Of a stretch of 64,000 bases of DNA, positions 50,391-59,263 are shown piece after piece (the stretch's first letter is position 1; each line of letters starts with the position of its first letter). Location of the stretch: positions 1,711 through 65,710 of the forward strand of contig JACRKE010000026.1 of NCBI GenBank assembly GCA_016215335.1, in the 5' to 3' direction. The translations under genes and the position numbers were made by a program. The notes beneath the pieces are model-generated. The model saw nothing but the letters and a program-made list of their open reading frames with translations. It was not told where the DNA came from and did not search any database. The DNA comes from Candidatus Vogelbacteria bacterium. GTDB taxonomy: Bacteria > Patescibacteriota > Minisyncoccia > Phycocordibacterales > JACRKE01.

Positions 50391-50558
50391 ATGAAATATC
50401 CTTGGACAGCAATATCACTCACCGTTATTTGGCTCTCGACTACATATATGATCATTAAGCAGCCTAGTCTGCATGTGAATCAAATTCTTCTAATTACTCT
50501 CATTGGCACAATTATAATCGCGCTCATTGGTTTCCGTTCTCCGACACTTAGAAAATAA
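50391..50558 (+). CDS. 55-aa two-TM small membrane protein (not in ORF track), paralog of 48058-48213
   Basis: manual translation MKYPWTAISLTVIWLSTTYMIIKQPSLHVNQILLITLIGTIIIALIGFRSPTLRK*. Confidence 0.75.
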   Translation: MKYPWTAISLTVIWLSTTYMIIKQPSLHVNQILLITLIGTIIIALIGFRSPTLRK

Positions 50559-50582
50559 CTTCTTGTATTTAGGTTCGAGTTA

Positions 50583-50676
50583 GTGTGTTTTGTTTTACGA
50601 AACTTGGGAGGGCGACGGTCCGAGCACGAGGAATTTTTCACCAGAAAAATATCCGTGTTCGCAAAATAAAATACAC
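50583..50676 (+). other. candidate structured RNA or miniature repeat element
   Basis: 18-bp outer stem with two G-U pairs and one mismatch, plus inner GAGCACG/CGTGTTC and ATTTTTC/GAAAAAT stems; the outer and GAGCACG stems share 50658-50660. Confidence 0.45.
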
Positions 50677-50835
50677 GAGAGAAAGTTGTCCACATATTTT
50701 TGCAATATTTCATTGTGAATAATATTTTTTTATTCGATAATAGTATATAGAGGTAATGTAGTTTTTGTTTTCATATAAATATTTTTGAAAGCAAAAGGTC
50801 GACATTATCATTCTTATCAATCAAGCACAAACAAA

Positions 50836-50898
50836 ATGGCAGCAAAGAAAAAAGCAGCAAAGAAGAAGACAGCAAAGAAGTCGGCAAAGCGTCGATAA
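50836..50898 (+). CDS. 20-aa Lys/Ala-rich basic peptide (histone-H1/protamine-like)
   Basis: MAAKKKAAKKKTAKKSAKRR*, A-rich initiation context, followed by its own terminator. Confidence 0.65.
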   Translation: MAAKKKAAKKKTAKKSAKRR

Positions 50899-50939
50899 CT
50901 TTGATTGCGAAGCCCTCGGCATTCGCACTTCATTCACTT

Positions 50940-50986
50940 AAGAGAAAACCTCGCACCACCAACTGGCGGACGCGAGGTTTTCTCTT
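50940..50986 (+). terminator. intrinsic terminator-like hairpin after the basic peptide gene
   Basis: AAGAGAAAACCTCGC-17nt-GCGAGGTTTTCTCTT. Confidence 0.75.
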
Positions 50987-51141
50987 GTTCTAAATCTTTC
51001 TTTCTAACGTTCTGGTTATATGTTACAATGAAGCGTTAATCTATTACGACAAGCGAGGAGAAATGTGTAAACGTATCTCGTTTACACAGAGTCCGAGTCG
51101 AAGTCGCAAAAAAGGGTATAATACCCTTTACAATCATATAT

Positions 51142-53670
51142 ATGGCCATGTTAGATGGTTTGACTAAACTTTTTGGTGATGGAACAGGTGCCTATTTAAA
51201 GGCGACGCGTAGAACTGTTGAAAAAATCAATTCTCTAGAACATGAATTTGAGAAAAAAACTGACGATGAACTCAAGAACATTTCACATATTTTTAAAGAA
51301 AAGTTGGTGAATGGTTTAACTCTGGACGATATTTTACCTGAAGCTTTTGCCGCTGTGCGCGAAGCCGCCAAGAGAACCATAAAGCAACGCCATTATGATG
51401 TTCAACTGATTGGAGGCATAACAATGCACGAGGGTAAGATTGCTGAGATGCGTACGGGAGAGGGTAAAACTCTTGTGGCAACATTGCCGGCGTATTTAAA
51501 TGCGCTTTCAGGCAAGGGCGTGCATGTGGTTACTGTTAATGACTATTTGTCGAGACGCGACACTGTATGGATGGGACAAATCTATAATGCGCTTGGACTA
51601 ACAAACGCTGTAATCAATCACGAATCTTCTTTTATTTATGATCCTAAGCATGTATCGCAATCTGAAGAAAAAGAGTTGGACGAAAAACGCGATGAACTCG
51701 GAAGTTTCAAGGTTGTATATGAATTCTTAAGACCTTGTACTAGGCGTGAAGCGTACGAGGCTGATATTACTTATGGTACCAACAACGAATTTGGCTTTGA
51801 CTACCTACGCGACCATCTTGTGTATCATGAGAAAAATCTATCACAACGCGACTACAATTTTGCAATTGTGGACGAAGTTGACTCAATCCTGATTGATGAA
51901 TCGCGTACTCCACTTATTATTTCATCTCCGTTTGCTGACGCGGAAACGCTGTATCAAAAATTTTCACAAATCGCAGAACAGCTTAATCAGGACGAGCATT
52001 ATGAAGTAGATGAGAAGTTGCGGGCCGTAACTCTAAAAGAGACGGGGATCGATAGGGCAGAGAGTTTACTTGGTGTAGACAATATTTATACAGAAAAAGG
52101 CATTAAATATGTACATCATCTGGAGACTGCTATTCGAGCTAAGGCACTTTTTGAAAGAGACAGAGAGTACGTAGTCAAAGACGGTGAGATAATAATCGTG
52201 GATGAATCAACTGGGCGACTCCAACCTGGACGCAGATGGTCTGAAGGACTTCACCAGGCCATAGAATCAAAGGAAGGTGTAAAAGTTCAACAAGAGTCTC
52301 GCACGCTTGCATCAATTAGTTTTCAGAACTATTTCAGACCGTATGCGAAGCTTGCAGGCATGACGGGAACTGCTTACACATCTAAAGAAGAGTTTTTCAA
52401 GGTGTACGAACTCGATGTAATACCAGTTCCACCAAACAAAACTAGTGGCCGTAAAGATGAGAATGATTTTATTTTCCAGACAGAGATGGGTAAGTTCAAG
52501 GCAGTTGCAAGACAGATTAAAGAACTCAATGCTAAGGGTCAACCGGTTCTTGTGGGTACTGTTTCAATTGAGAAGAACGAACTTCTTTCTGCTTTTCTCA
52601 ATAAAGAGGGCATTAAACACGAGATCCTGAATGCTAAAAATCACGAGAGAGAAGGTGAGATAATTGCGCAAGCCGGTCGCAAAGGAAGCGTAGTAATAGC
52701 TACTAACATGGCGGGAAGAGGAGTGGACATTCTGCTTGGTGGCGCGCCTTATGACAAAGAGGCGGCTGATGAAGTTAGGTCGCTCGGTGGCCTTGCTGTG
52801 ATAGGTACCGAACGTCACGAGGCGCGCCGTATCGACAACCAGCTTCGAGGTCGTTCAGGACGACAAGGCGACCCAGGGTCTACGCAATTTTTCGTTTCTC
52901 TCGAGGATTCTCTTATGAGAGTTTTTGCTTCAGACATGGTCAAAAACATGATGGGCAAGTTAGGCATCCCAGAAGATGAACCCATACAGAACAGAATGGT
53001 GAGTAAGGCCTTAGAGTCAGCGCAAGAGAAGATCGAGGGATTCAACTTCGATTCTAGAAAACACTTGCTTGAATATGATGACGTACTTAATCACCATAGA
53101 CGTTCGATATACACTAAGCGCCAGGATTTACTCAAAGCTGATCTTGACGGACTAATAGACTTTGTAGATCAGGTGAGCGGCGGTGATGAGAAAATGAAAA
53201 TCATGATTGAGGAGAAGAGGAAACTCCTTGGAGATGAAACTTTTCGCGACATTTTACGCCAGCTCATACTACAGCTCATTGATCTCTACTGGATGGAACA
53301 CCTGGAGGCTATGGAATACATGCGGGGTAGCGTGCGTTTGCGAGCATACGGCCAACGTGATCCACTCGTTGAATATAAACGCGAGGGCTTAAGACTTTTC
53401 AAAAATCTTGAAGAGGATATTAACAACGAGATACTTAGACTAATTCCAACGATCGGCGCAGTGCAATTCGCACAAGCAGAACAGAAAGGCGAAGCAATAC
53501 ATTTAGAGCCCAATTCACTTTCGAAAGAATCTAATGGTTCGGGTGCTGATAAGAGGAATATAAGACCGGCAGCGATTAAACATCTAAATAAAGACGGTAG
53601 TGAAATCGGACGCAACGACCTATGCTACTGCGGGAGCGGGAAGAAGTATAAGAAGTGTCATGGGAGATAG
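51142..53670 (+). CDS. secA: preprotein translocase subunit SecA
   Basis: EMRTGEGKT, VTVNDYL, DEVDSILIDE, RRIDNQLRGRSGRQGDPG, C-terminal CYCGSGKKYKKCHG. Confidence 0.98.
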   Translation: MAMLDGLTKLFGDGTGAYLKATRRTVEKINSLEHEFEKKTDDELKNISHIFKEKLVNGLTLDDILPEAFAAVREAAKRTIKQRHYDVQLIGGITMHEGKIAEMRTGEGKTLVATLPAYLNALSGKGVHVVTVNDYLSRRDTVWMGQIYNALGLTNAVINHESSFIYDPKHVSQSEEKELDEKRDELGSFKVVYEFLRPCTRREAYEADITYGTNNEFGFDYLRDHLVYHEKNLSQRDYNFAIVDEVDSILIDESRTPLIISSPFADAETLYQKFSQIAEQLNQDEHYEVDEKLRAVTLKETGIDRAESLLGVDNIYTEKGIKYVHHLETAIRAKALFERDREYVVKDGEIIIVDESTGRLQPGRRWSEGLHQAIESKEGVKVQQESRTLASISFQNYFRPYAKLAGMTGTAYTSKEEFFKVYELDVIPVPPNKTSGRKDENDFIFQTEMGKFKAVARQIKELNAKGQPVLVGTVSIEKNELLSAFLNKEGIKHEILNAKNHEREGEIIAQAGRKGSVVIATNMAGRGVDILLGGAPYDKEAADEVRSLGGLAVIGTERHEARRIDNQLRGRSGRQGDPGSTQFFVSLEDSLMRVFASDMVKNMMGKLGIPEDEPIQNRMVSKALESAQEKIEGFNFDSRKHLLEYDDVLNHHRRSIYTKRQDLLKADLDGLIDFVDQVSGGDEKMKIMIEEKRKLLGDETFRDILRQLILQLIDLYWMEHLEAMEYMRGSVRLRAYGQRDPLVEYKREGLRLFKNLEEDINNEILRLIPTIGAVQFAQAEQKGEAIHLEPNSLSKESNGSGADKRNIRPAAIKHLNKDGSEIGRNDLCYCGSGKKYKKCHGR

Positions 53671-53688
53671 TACGATTGAGAAATATTT

Positions 53689-54102
53689 ATGTACGAACGA
53701 CCGTATAATACTGAAGAGATAAAAAAGAATTATCCAGATAAGGCTGACTTCTTGATGAATGACCCCGTACATCGTTGGCGTGCAGAGACTGGGATTGAGT
53801 TGATTCACAAAGAGCCTACGCTTGAGGAGCAGAAAAGAATATGGCGTAACTGGCTAGAGATGACTGATGATATGAAGGAAGAGAGTGACCGTAAAAGTTT
53901 ACAACTTTTCGATAAAGATAATGAATCCAATAATCAAGAAATCATGAAAAGTTGGAGTGAGGTCGATTTTAAAAAGCGAACCCCCGAGCGGACTTGTCCG
54001 CTCGGGGGTAAGTTGAGCACGAATGCTGGCAGGTTCTCTTGGGTTGTCAGGCGAGGATCAGGGCTCCTGCGTAGATGTCGGGGACGAGTTGAGACTCGAT
54101 AG
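53689..54102 (+). CDS. hypothetical protein; last ~40 aa probably read-through into the antisense cassette
   Basis: protein-like first ~95 aa (DPVHRWRAETGIELIHKEP); tail crosses a GC hairpin and an antisense ORF. Confidence 0.55.
   Translation: MYERPYNTEEIKKNYPDKADFLMNDPVHRWRAETGIELIHKEPTLEEQKRIWRNWLEMTDDMKEESDRKSLQLFDKDNESNNQEIMKSWSEVDFKKRTPERTCPLGGKLSTNAGRFSWVVRRGSGLLRRCRGRVETR
53980..54009 (-). terminator. intrinsic terminator of the antisense small gene
   Basis: ACCCCCGAGCGGAC-TT-GTCCGCTCGGGGGT; U-rich tail on the - strand. Confidence 0.75.
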
Positions 54103-54214
54103 TATCCTCGGGTTCGACATCAGGAAAGTCGTCGCCCTCGGCCTGGACGCCTTCGTTGTCAGTATTGTAGTTGCGTCGGCCAAGGCCAAGAGCTCGAACG
54201 ATTCGAGAAATCAT
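54047..54214 (-). CDS. 55-aa small protein (not in ORF track)
   Basis: MISRIVRALGLGRRNYNTDNEGVQAEGDDFPDVEPEDTIESQLVPDIYAGALILA*; GAGGAGG SD upstream and terminator downstream. Confidence 0.6.
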   Translation of the reverse strand: MISRIVRALGLGRRNYNTDNEGVQAEGDDFPDVEPEDTIESQLVPDIYAGALILA

Positions 54215-54447
54215 GGGGTTTCCTCCTCAAATAGTCACGGGTCAGCGGGTAAAATAGGGGCTCATAAAGACGCTATTTTACCCGCCCACATATGCATTCG
54301 TACAAAAAAGAACAATCTTCGCGCCGAGCGAAGCCTTACAACTTATCATTACAGCAATTTAGAATCAAGTGCATAAGTTACCGTAAGGTTAAACCTTGCA
54401 GGTTTCTGGTAGTGGATATTTATTCTCCAAAATGAGAATATGAGTGT

Positions 54448-55182
54448 ATGAATGTAGATGATAAATTATACAAATGGAAATATGTTCTCAACGAGCCTGA
54501 CTGGTACGTCCGCCTTTTACCTGAGCTCAAAGAGGTTCTTGCTTTTGTTTCAACTCAGACACCAGATGCAAAACTCAAACTCAAAAATCAGGTTTACAAC
54601 TTCTTTGAGCAAGAGATCAAAGCGGGAAATGTAAAATTCGCATCAACTGGCTACAATTTTGATGCAGAGCGTAAACCTATTGATACTGTTGTAATTCATC
54701 ATACCGAAAATCTACCGAGTATTACTTGGCAGCGAGTCAATGTTACCCACATGCTTAAGCTTTATGTTCCTTACTACGCTAACCCAACACTGCCACAAGA
54801 GATGCACATTAAAGGCACTCCACTCTACTCTGGACACACGAGAGCCGGAAAGCAGGTATTTTATTCATACCACTGGCTCGTTCGCAACGATGGAAGTTTT
54901 GAACGATTGCTTCACGACAATGAGACAGGGTGGCACGCAGGCAATTGGGATGTTAATTGTAGAAGTGTTGGTATTGCTCTCGATAATGATTATACAAACT
55001 CAAAACCCTCGAGTGGCGAACTCAAAGCTATCGTAAAGTTGATTAAAGAAAATTATAGCGGTGTGCTAAAACAAAACATTATTGGTCACGGCGAAGTAAA
55101 CAACAAAACTTGTCCTTCAAATTTGTTTCTATCGAAAAATGGAGTCAGAGGATGGAAAGAAGATCTGCTTGCGCTGTTATAA
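54448..55182 (+). CDS. N-acetylmuramoyl-L-alanine amidase (Amidase_2/PGRP-like)
   Basis: VVIHHT, YHWLV..DG, GWHAG...N..SVGIAL, IIGH.EV...TCP Zn ligands. Confidence 0.88.
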   Translation: MNVDDKLYKWKYVLNEPDWYVRLLPELKEVLAFVSTQTPDAKLKLKNQVYNFFEQEIKAGNVKFASTGYNFDAERKPIDTVVIHHTENLPSITWQRVNVTHMLKLYVPYYANPTLPQEMHIKGTPLYSGHTRAGKQVFYSYHWLVRNDGSFERLLHDNETGWHAGNWDVNCRSVGIALDNDYTNSKPSSGELKAIVKLIKENYSGVLKQNIIGHGEVNNKTCPSNLFLSKNGVRGWKEDLLALL

Positions 55183-55190
55183 ATTACTTT

Positions 55191-55235
55191 TAGACGTCCG
55201 ACGTCTGGATTCTGCTTTAAGACGTCGGACGTCTA
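55191..55235. repeat. inverted pair of short palindromes (REP-like doublet)
   Basis: TAGACGTCCGACGTCT-13nt-AGACGTCGGACGTCTA. Confidence 0.92.
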
Positions 55236-55244
55236 GGTGAAATC

Positions 55245-55721
55245 ATGAAAAAATTCCAAATATTTATTGAACGCCGTGCGTATAAAATGCTCTTGCCCGT
55301 AGCGCAACTTTACTGGTTTATTTTTAGGCCAGTAACCGATGGAGCCAAATGCTTGATAGTCACAGAGGGAAAGTTGTTGCTTATCCAAAATACATATCAC
55401 AGATATGGACTTTGGAATCTGCCTGGTGGTAGAGTTGATCTAGGAGAAAAGCCAGAAGAAACAGTAATTAGAGAAGTGATGGAGGAGGTAGGTGTGAAGT
55501 TAGACACTGTTACAAAACTTGGTGAATGGTTTACAAGAGCTGAATATAAACATGATACCGTACACTTTTATTTGGCAGAATTTGCGGGTATTCCCGAGAT
55601 AAATATTGACCCGGTGGAGATTAGTAAGGCCGAATGGTTTCCGCTTGATGCCTTGCCAGATAACTGCTTTTTCTCTGTTAAAAAAGCCTTGGAAATGTAC
55701 TATACTAGAAGTAAAATATGA
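55245..55721 (+). CDS. NUDIX hydrolase
   Basis: LPGGRVDLGEKPEETVIREVMEEVG. Confidence 0.92.
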   Translation: MKKFQIFIERRAYKMLLPVAQLYWFIFRPVTDGAKCLIVTEGKLLLIQNTYHRYGLWNLPGGRVDLGEKPEETVIREVMEEVGVKLDTVTKLGEWFTRAEYKHDTVHFYLAEFAGIPEINIDPVEISKAEWFPLDALPDNCFFSVKKALEMYYTRSKI

Positions 55722-56053
55722 CAATAATAATTCGTTGGATTATAAATGCGTTAGTTCTCCTTGGAATAGCTTATATTGTGCCCGGAATCGTGGTTGGAAG
55801 TTTCTATAATGCTCTCATTGTGGCAGTGGTGCTCGCGATAGTGAACATTATCTTAAAACCGATACTTGTATTACTGACATTGCCTATAAATGTTATGACA
55901 CTTGGGCTTTTTACCCTTGTGATAAATGCTCTGCTTTTCTGGTTTGCTTCGACTGTGGCAAAGGGATTTTATGTTGAAGGATTTATAGCCGCTTTCCTGG
56001 GTTCGCTCATTTTTACTGTATTTACTTCTGTAACTCATAAGTATATTAAATAA
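55718..56053 (+). CDS. 4-TM phage-holin-family (YvlD/DUF360-like) membrane protein
   Basis: N..LKPIL.LLTLPIN..TLGLF.LVINA signature. Confidence 0.88.
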   Translation: MTIIIRWIINALVLLGIAYIVPGIVVGSFYNALIVAVVLAIVNIILKPILVLLTLPINVMTLGLFTLVINALLFWFASTVAKGFYVEGFIAAFLGSLIFTVFTSVTHKYIK

Positions 56054-56072
56054 AAAGAAGATAAAAAATTAA

Positions 56073-56576
56073 ATGGCAGAAGAAAATAATTATCTCCACG
56101 AGATTGCAACAACGGCTATTATTGTAAACAAAGAAGGTAAATATTTGATAACTCGTCGCGCACCAGAGCGTAAGCGGTATCCCGGGTACTGGACGGTTCC
56201 TGGTGGACGTATACAAACGAGCGATTATTTAGCATTACCGAAAGAAACAGAATTTTATTGGTACAACGTACTCGAGCGTACACTCAAGCGAGAAGTAATG
56301 GAAGAATCAGGAGTAGAAATTACAAACGTGGAGTATCTTACGAGCTTGGCTACGGTGCATAAAGACGGCACACCATCGCTTGTAATATCGTGCGTCGCTG
56401 ATTATGTGAATGGCCAAGTAAAAATACAACCTGGAGAAAGTGATGACTTCGCATGGGTATCGATAGAGGAAGCAAAAGCGTACCAACTTATGGACGGCAT
56501 TTATGAAGAGCTTGTTATGGTTAATAAGAAACGCGCGGGTGAGAAAAACGTGCTATGGGAAAAAGATTTAAAATAA
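56073..56576 (+). CDS. NUDIX hydrolase
   Basis: WTVPGG...(insert)...LKREVMEESG. Confidence 0.88.
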   Translation: MAEENNYLHEIATTAIIVNKEGKYLITRRAPERKRYPGYWTVPGGRIQTSDYLALPKETEFYWYNVLERTLKREVMEESGVEITNVEYLTSLATVHKDGTPSLVISCVADYVNGQVKIQPGESDDFAWVSIEEAKAYQLMDGIYEELVMVNKKRAGEKNVLWEKDLK

Positions 56577-56588
56577 ATTAAATCTATT

Positions 56589-56708
56589 ATGAGATACTTT
56601 GGGTGGGCGATTGTTGTGATACTATTACTTTTTGCCTTTTACGCTCTATCGGTGCAGAAAAATACAAAATCACCAGCACAAGAAGAGGCCCTACGTGTTC
56701 AACTATAG
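56589..56708 (+). CDS. possible 39-aa single-TM peptide
   Basis: MRYFGWAIVVILLLFAFYALSVQKNTKSPAQEEALRVQL*, operon-like spacing. Confidence 0.4.
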   Translation: MRYFGWAIVVILLLFAFYALSVQKNTKSPAQEEALRVQL

Positions 56709-56819
56709 TAGTTTAGCGTGCTACTTCCTATTCTTAGTCTTTTGTGGTAAAATCATTTGTCCTACGGTAGCCATTCGGTTCCGAGTTAAATAGGCTCCCC
56801 ATGGGATTTTTTCGTATAT

Positions 56820-58610
56820 ATGCAAGAACTTAGAAACATAGCAATTATCGCGCACGTTGATCACGGCAAGACTACTCTAGTGGATGCTCTTCTTAAGCAG
56901 GCCATGGCGGTGAAAGTGGTTGAAAATGAAAGTGATGATCTCATAATGGATTCAAACGAACTCGAGCGTGAGCGAGGTATCACAATTTTTGCAAAAAATG
57001 CATCGGTTGAATGGGGTGACATTAAGGTAAACATTTTGGATACTCCAGGCCATGCTGATTTCGGCGGAGAGGTTGAGCGTGTCCTTACTATGGCTGATGG
57101 AGCTCTTCTTCTTGTGGATGCAAAAGAAGGTCCAATGCCTCAAACAAGATTTGTACTCAAAAAAGCACTCGAGCTTGGACTCAAGGTAATCCTCGTAATC
57201 AACAAAATGGATAAGCCTGAGGCTCGGCATAACTATGTGCTTGATGAGACTTTTGATCTTTTTATTGAGCTTGGCGCCACTAATGAGCAGGCTGATTTCC
57301 CAGTAGTGTACGCAATCGGCAAGAAAGGTGTAGCTAGTATGTCTCCCGAGCTCGACTCGATGAAAAACATAGCGCCTATTTTTGATACGATTATTAAAAA
57401 TATTGCACCGGCAAAGAGGGACGTAGAAGGAAGTTTCCAGTTCCTGGCAGTTTCGACAGACATGGACGACTACAAGGGACGCATCGCTACGGGACGTGTT
57501 CGCAGAGGGCATGTAAAATCTGGTGAGACTGTAATGCACATCAAGCGCGACGGAACAAGAGTGCCTGTAAAAATCACTTCGCTAATGACGTCCGTCGGTA
57601 TTAAACGCGCTACGATTGAGGAAGTCGAGGCGGGAGATATTGTGCATATTTCCGGTTCGCCAGATATTCAGATTGGAGAGACGCTTACGAGTATGACTGA
57701 CCCAGAAGCTTTACCTGTAATTCACATAGATCCACCAACAATTAAAGTAATGTTTCTTGTTAATACTTCACCATTTGCTGGCAAAGAGGGAACTTACGTA
57801 ACTTCACGCCAACTTCGCGAGAGACTTTTCAAAGAACTCGAGAGGGATGTGGCACTTCATGTAGAGGAGACTGATTCGGCCGATAGATTCTTGGTGTCCG
57901 GGCGCGGCGAATTACATTTGGGAATTCTTATAGAGCGTATGCGTCGCGAAGGGTATGAGTTTCAGGTCGGGAAACCCGAAGTGATTTACCTCGAAGAGAA
58001 CGGTGTGAAGCTTGAGCCATACGAACAGGTGTTTATTGAAGTTCCAGAAACACATGCTGGAGTGGTAATTGAGAAGCTAGGCGCGCGCGGAGCGCAAATG
58101 CGTAACCTGCACGTGCGCGAAGGCATTACACATTTGGATTTCGTAATAGCAACCAGTAGACTTTTTGGATACAGAAGTAAGTTCCTAACAGACACAAAGG
58201 GACTTGGCATCATGAATACTCTCTTCCACGGATTTGAGCCATCGGTCGAAAGGTTGCCACTGCCGCACGGTTCAATTGTTGCATATGAGGCTGGCAAGAC
58301 CACCGCGTTTGCACTTGAGAACGCGCAGCTTCGCGGACAAATGTTTGTGGGCCCAGGAGAAGAGGTCTATCGCGGCCAAGTTGTGGGACAGGCGTCACGA
58401 GACGAAGATATGGAAATAAATATTTGTAAGGCGAAACAACTCACGAACATGCGAAGTTCCTCGAGTGACGGACTTGTCATGCTCGATCCCCACAGGCCTC
58501 TAAACGTAGACACGGCACTCGAATATCTTGGTGATGATGAACTTATGGAGGCTACCCCAAAATCCGTACGTGTGAGAAAAATAACTGAGGGTAAACGTAA
58601 GGGTTCCTAG
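56820..58610 (+). CDS. typA: translational GTPase TypA/BipA
   Basis: RNIAIIAHVDHGKTTLVD, ERERGITI, DTPGHADFGGEVER, GRGELHL, KQLTNMR. Confidence 0.97.
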   Translation: MQELRNIAIIAHVDHGKTTLVDALLKQAMAVKVVENESDDLIMDSNELERERGITIFAKNASVEWGDIKVNILDTPGHADFGGEVERVLTMADGALLLVDAKEGPMPQTRFVLKKALELGLKVILVINKMDKPEARHNYVLDETFDLFIELGATNEQADFPVVYAIGKKGVASMSPELDSMKNIAPIFDTIIKNIAPAKRDVEGSFQFLAVSTDMDDYKGRIATGRVRRGHVKSGETVMHIKRDGTRVPVKITSLMTSVGIKRATIEEVEAGDIVHISGSPDIQIGETLTSMTDPEALPVIHIDPPTIKVMFLVNTSPFAGKEGTYVTSRQLRERLFKELERDVALHVEETDSADRFLVSGRGELHLGILIERMRREGYEFQVGKPEVIYLEENGVKLEPYEQVFIEVPETHAGVVIEKLGARGAQMRNLHVREGITHLDFVIATSRLFGYRSKFLTDTKGLGIMNTLFHGFEPSVERLPLPHGSIVAYEAGKTTAFALENAQLRGQMFVGPGEEVYRGQVVGQASRDEDMEINICKAKQLTNMRSSSSDGLVMLDPHRPLNVDTALEYLGDDELMEATPKSVRVRKITEGKRKGS

Positions 58611-58693
58611 GACCAAAAACAGCACTGCGATAGCGGCTCTGTTGGAATACATAGGACTAACCTATGTATTTTTCATAATTTTTACAAACGAAA

Positions 58694-58735
58694 AAGCTGC
58701 CGGGAAGGTGCGACGGGAGATACTCCCGGCAGCTT
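58694..58735 (-). terminator. intrinsic terminator of the antisense NUDIX gene
   Basis: AAGCTGCCGGGA-18nt-TCCCGGCAGCTT with an A-run upstream on +. Confidence 0.7.
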
Positions 58736-58755
58736 CTCGGCAGCATGTGCTGCTC

Positions 58756-59208
58756 CTACTTGAACTCGATCGACCTCTGAGCGATCAGGGTCTTCAGGAA
58801 TTCCGCCTGCGACGGCAGGAACTCCTCTGAGTAGATGATGGATGGGTCTTCGAGCGACCATACCTCGCCCTCGTCCCCGATGGTGCCGAGGTCACCAGTG
58901 AAGTCCCTCGTCGTGATCTCGGCCCAGAAGAAGATCCTCCAGTGGTTCGTGTCGGCTCGCGTATGGTGAGTGCGCCCGACCTCCTTGAGCGCGCTTTTTG
59001 GAATCTTGACTGACTCGCCTGTCTCGCCGAAAACCTCCCGAATAGCAGCCTCCATAGACGATTCGCTCTCCTCAACGCCCCCACCAGGAATCTTCGCGTA
59101 GAGTCGCGCTCCGCTCAGCGCCTTCGCCGGCTCTCGGACAACGATGATCTTCTTCAGATCAGCGACATAGGTGATTACAACTGCTGCGAACGTAACGATA
59201 TTTTCCAC
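58756..59208 (-). CDS. NUDIX hydrolase (divergent)
   Basis: KIPGGGVEESESSMEAAIREVFGETG; AAGGAGG SD before the GTG start. Confidence 0.85.
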   Translation of the reverse strand: MENIVTFAAVVITYVADLKKIIVVREPAKALSGARLYAKIPGGGVEESESSMEAAIREVFGETGESVKIPKSALKEVGRTHHTRADTNHWRIFFWAEITTRDFTGDLGTIGDEGEVWSLEDPSIIYSEEFLPSQAEFLKTLIAQRSIEFK

Positions 59209-59263
59209 CTTGTTCCTCCTTGCGGAACTTGTATCTGGTACTGGGTTGTTGTTCGCAACCTAT

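Noticed and set aside
54023-54376. 117-aa + strand ORF in the track
   Set aside because: It is the shadow of the - strand ORF, which has an SD and terminator; it has a TTG start and no family motifs.
54448-56053. Prophage lysis cassette
   Set aside because: No structural, terminase or integrase genes; flanked by secA and typA.
56742-56819. Possible riboswitch in the typA leader
   Set aside because: Only short, weak stems after a TG-g-TAAAAT element; no family recognisable by eye.
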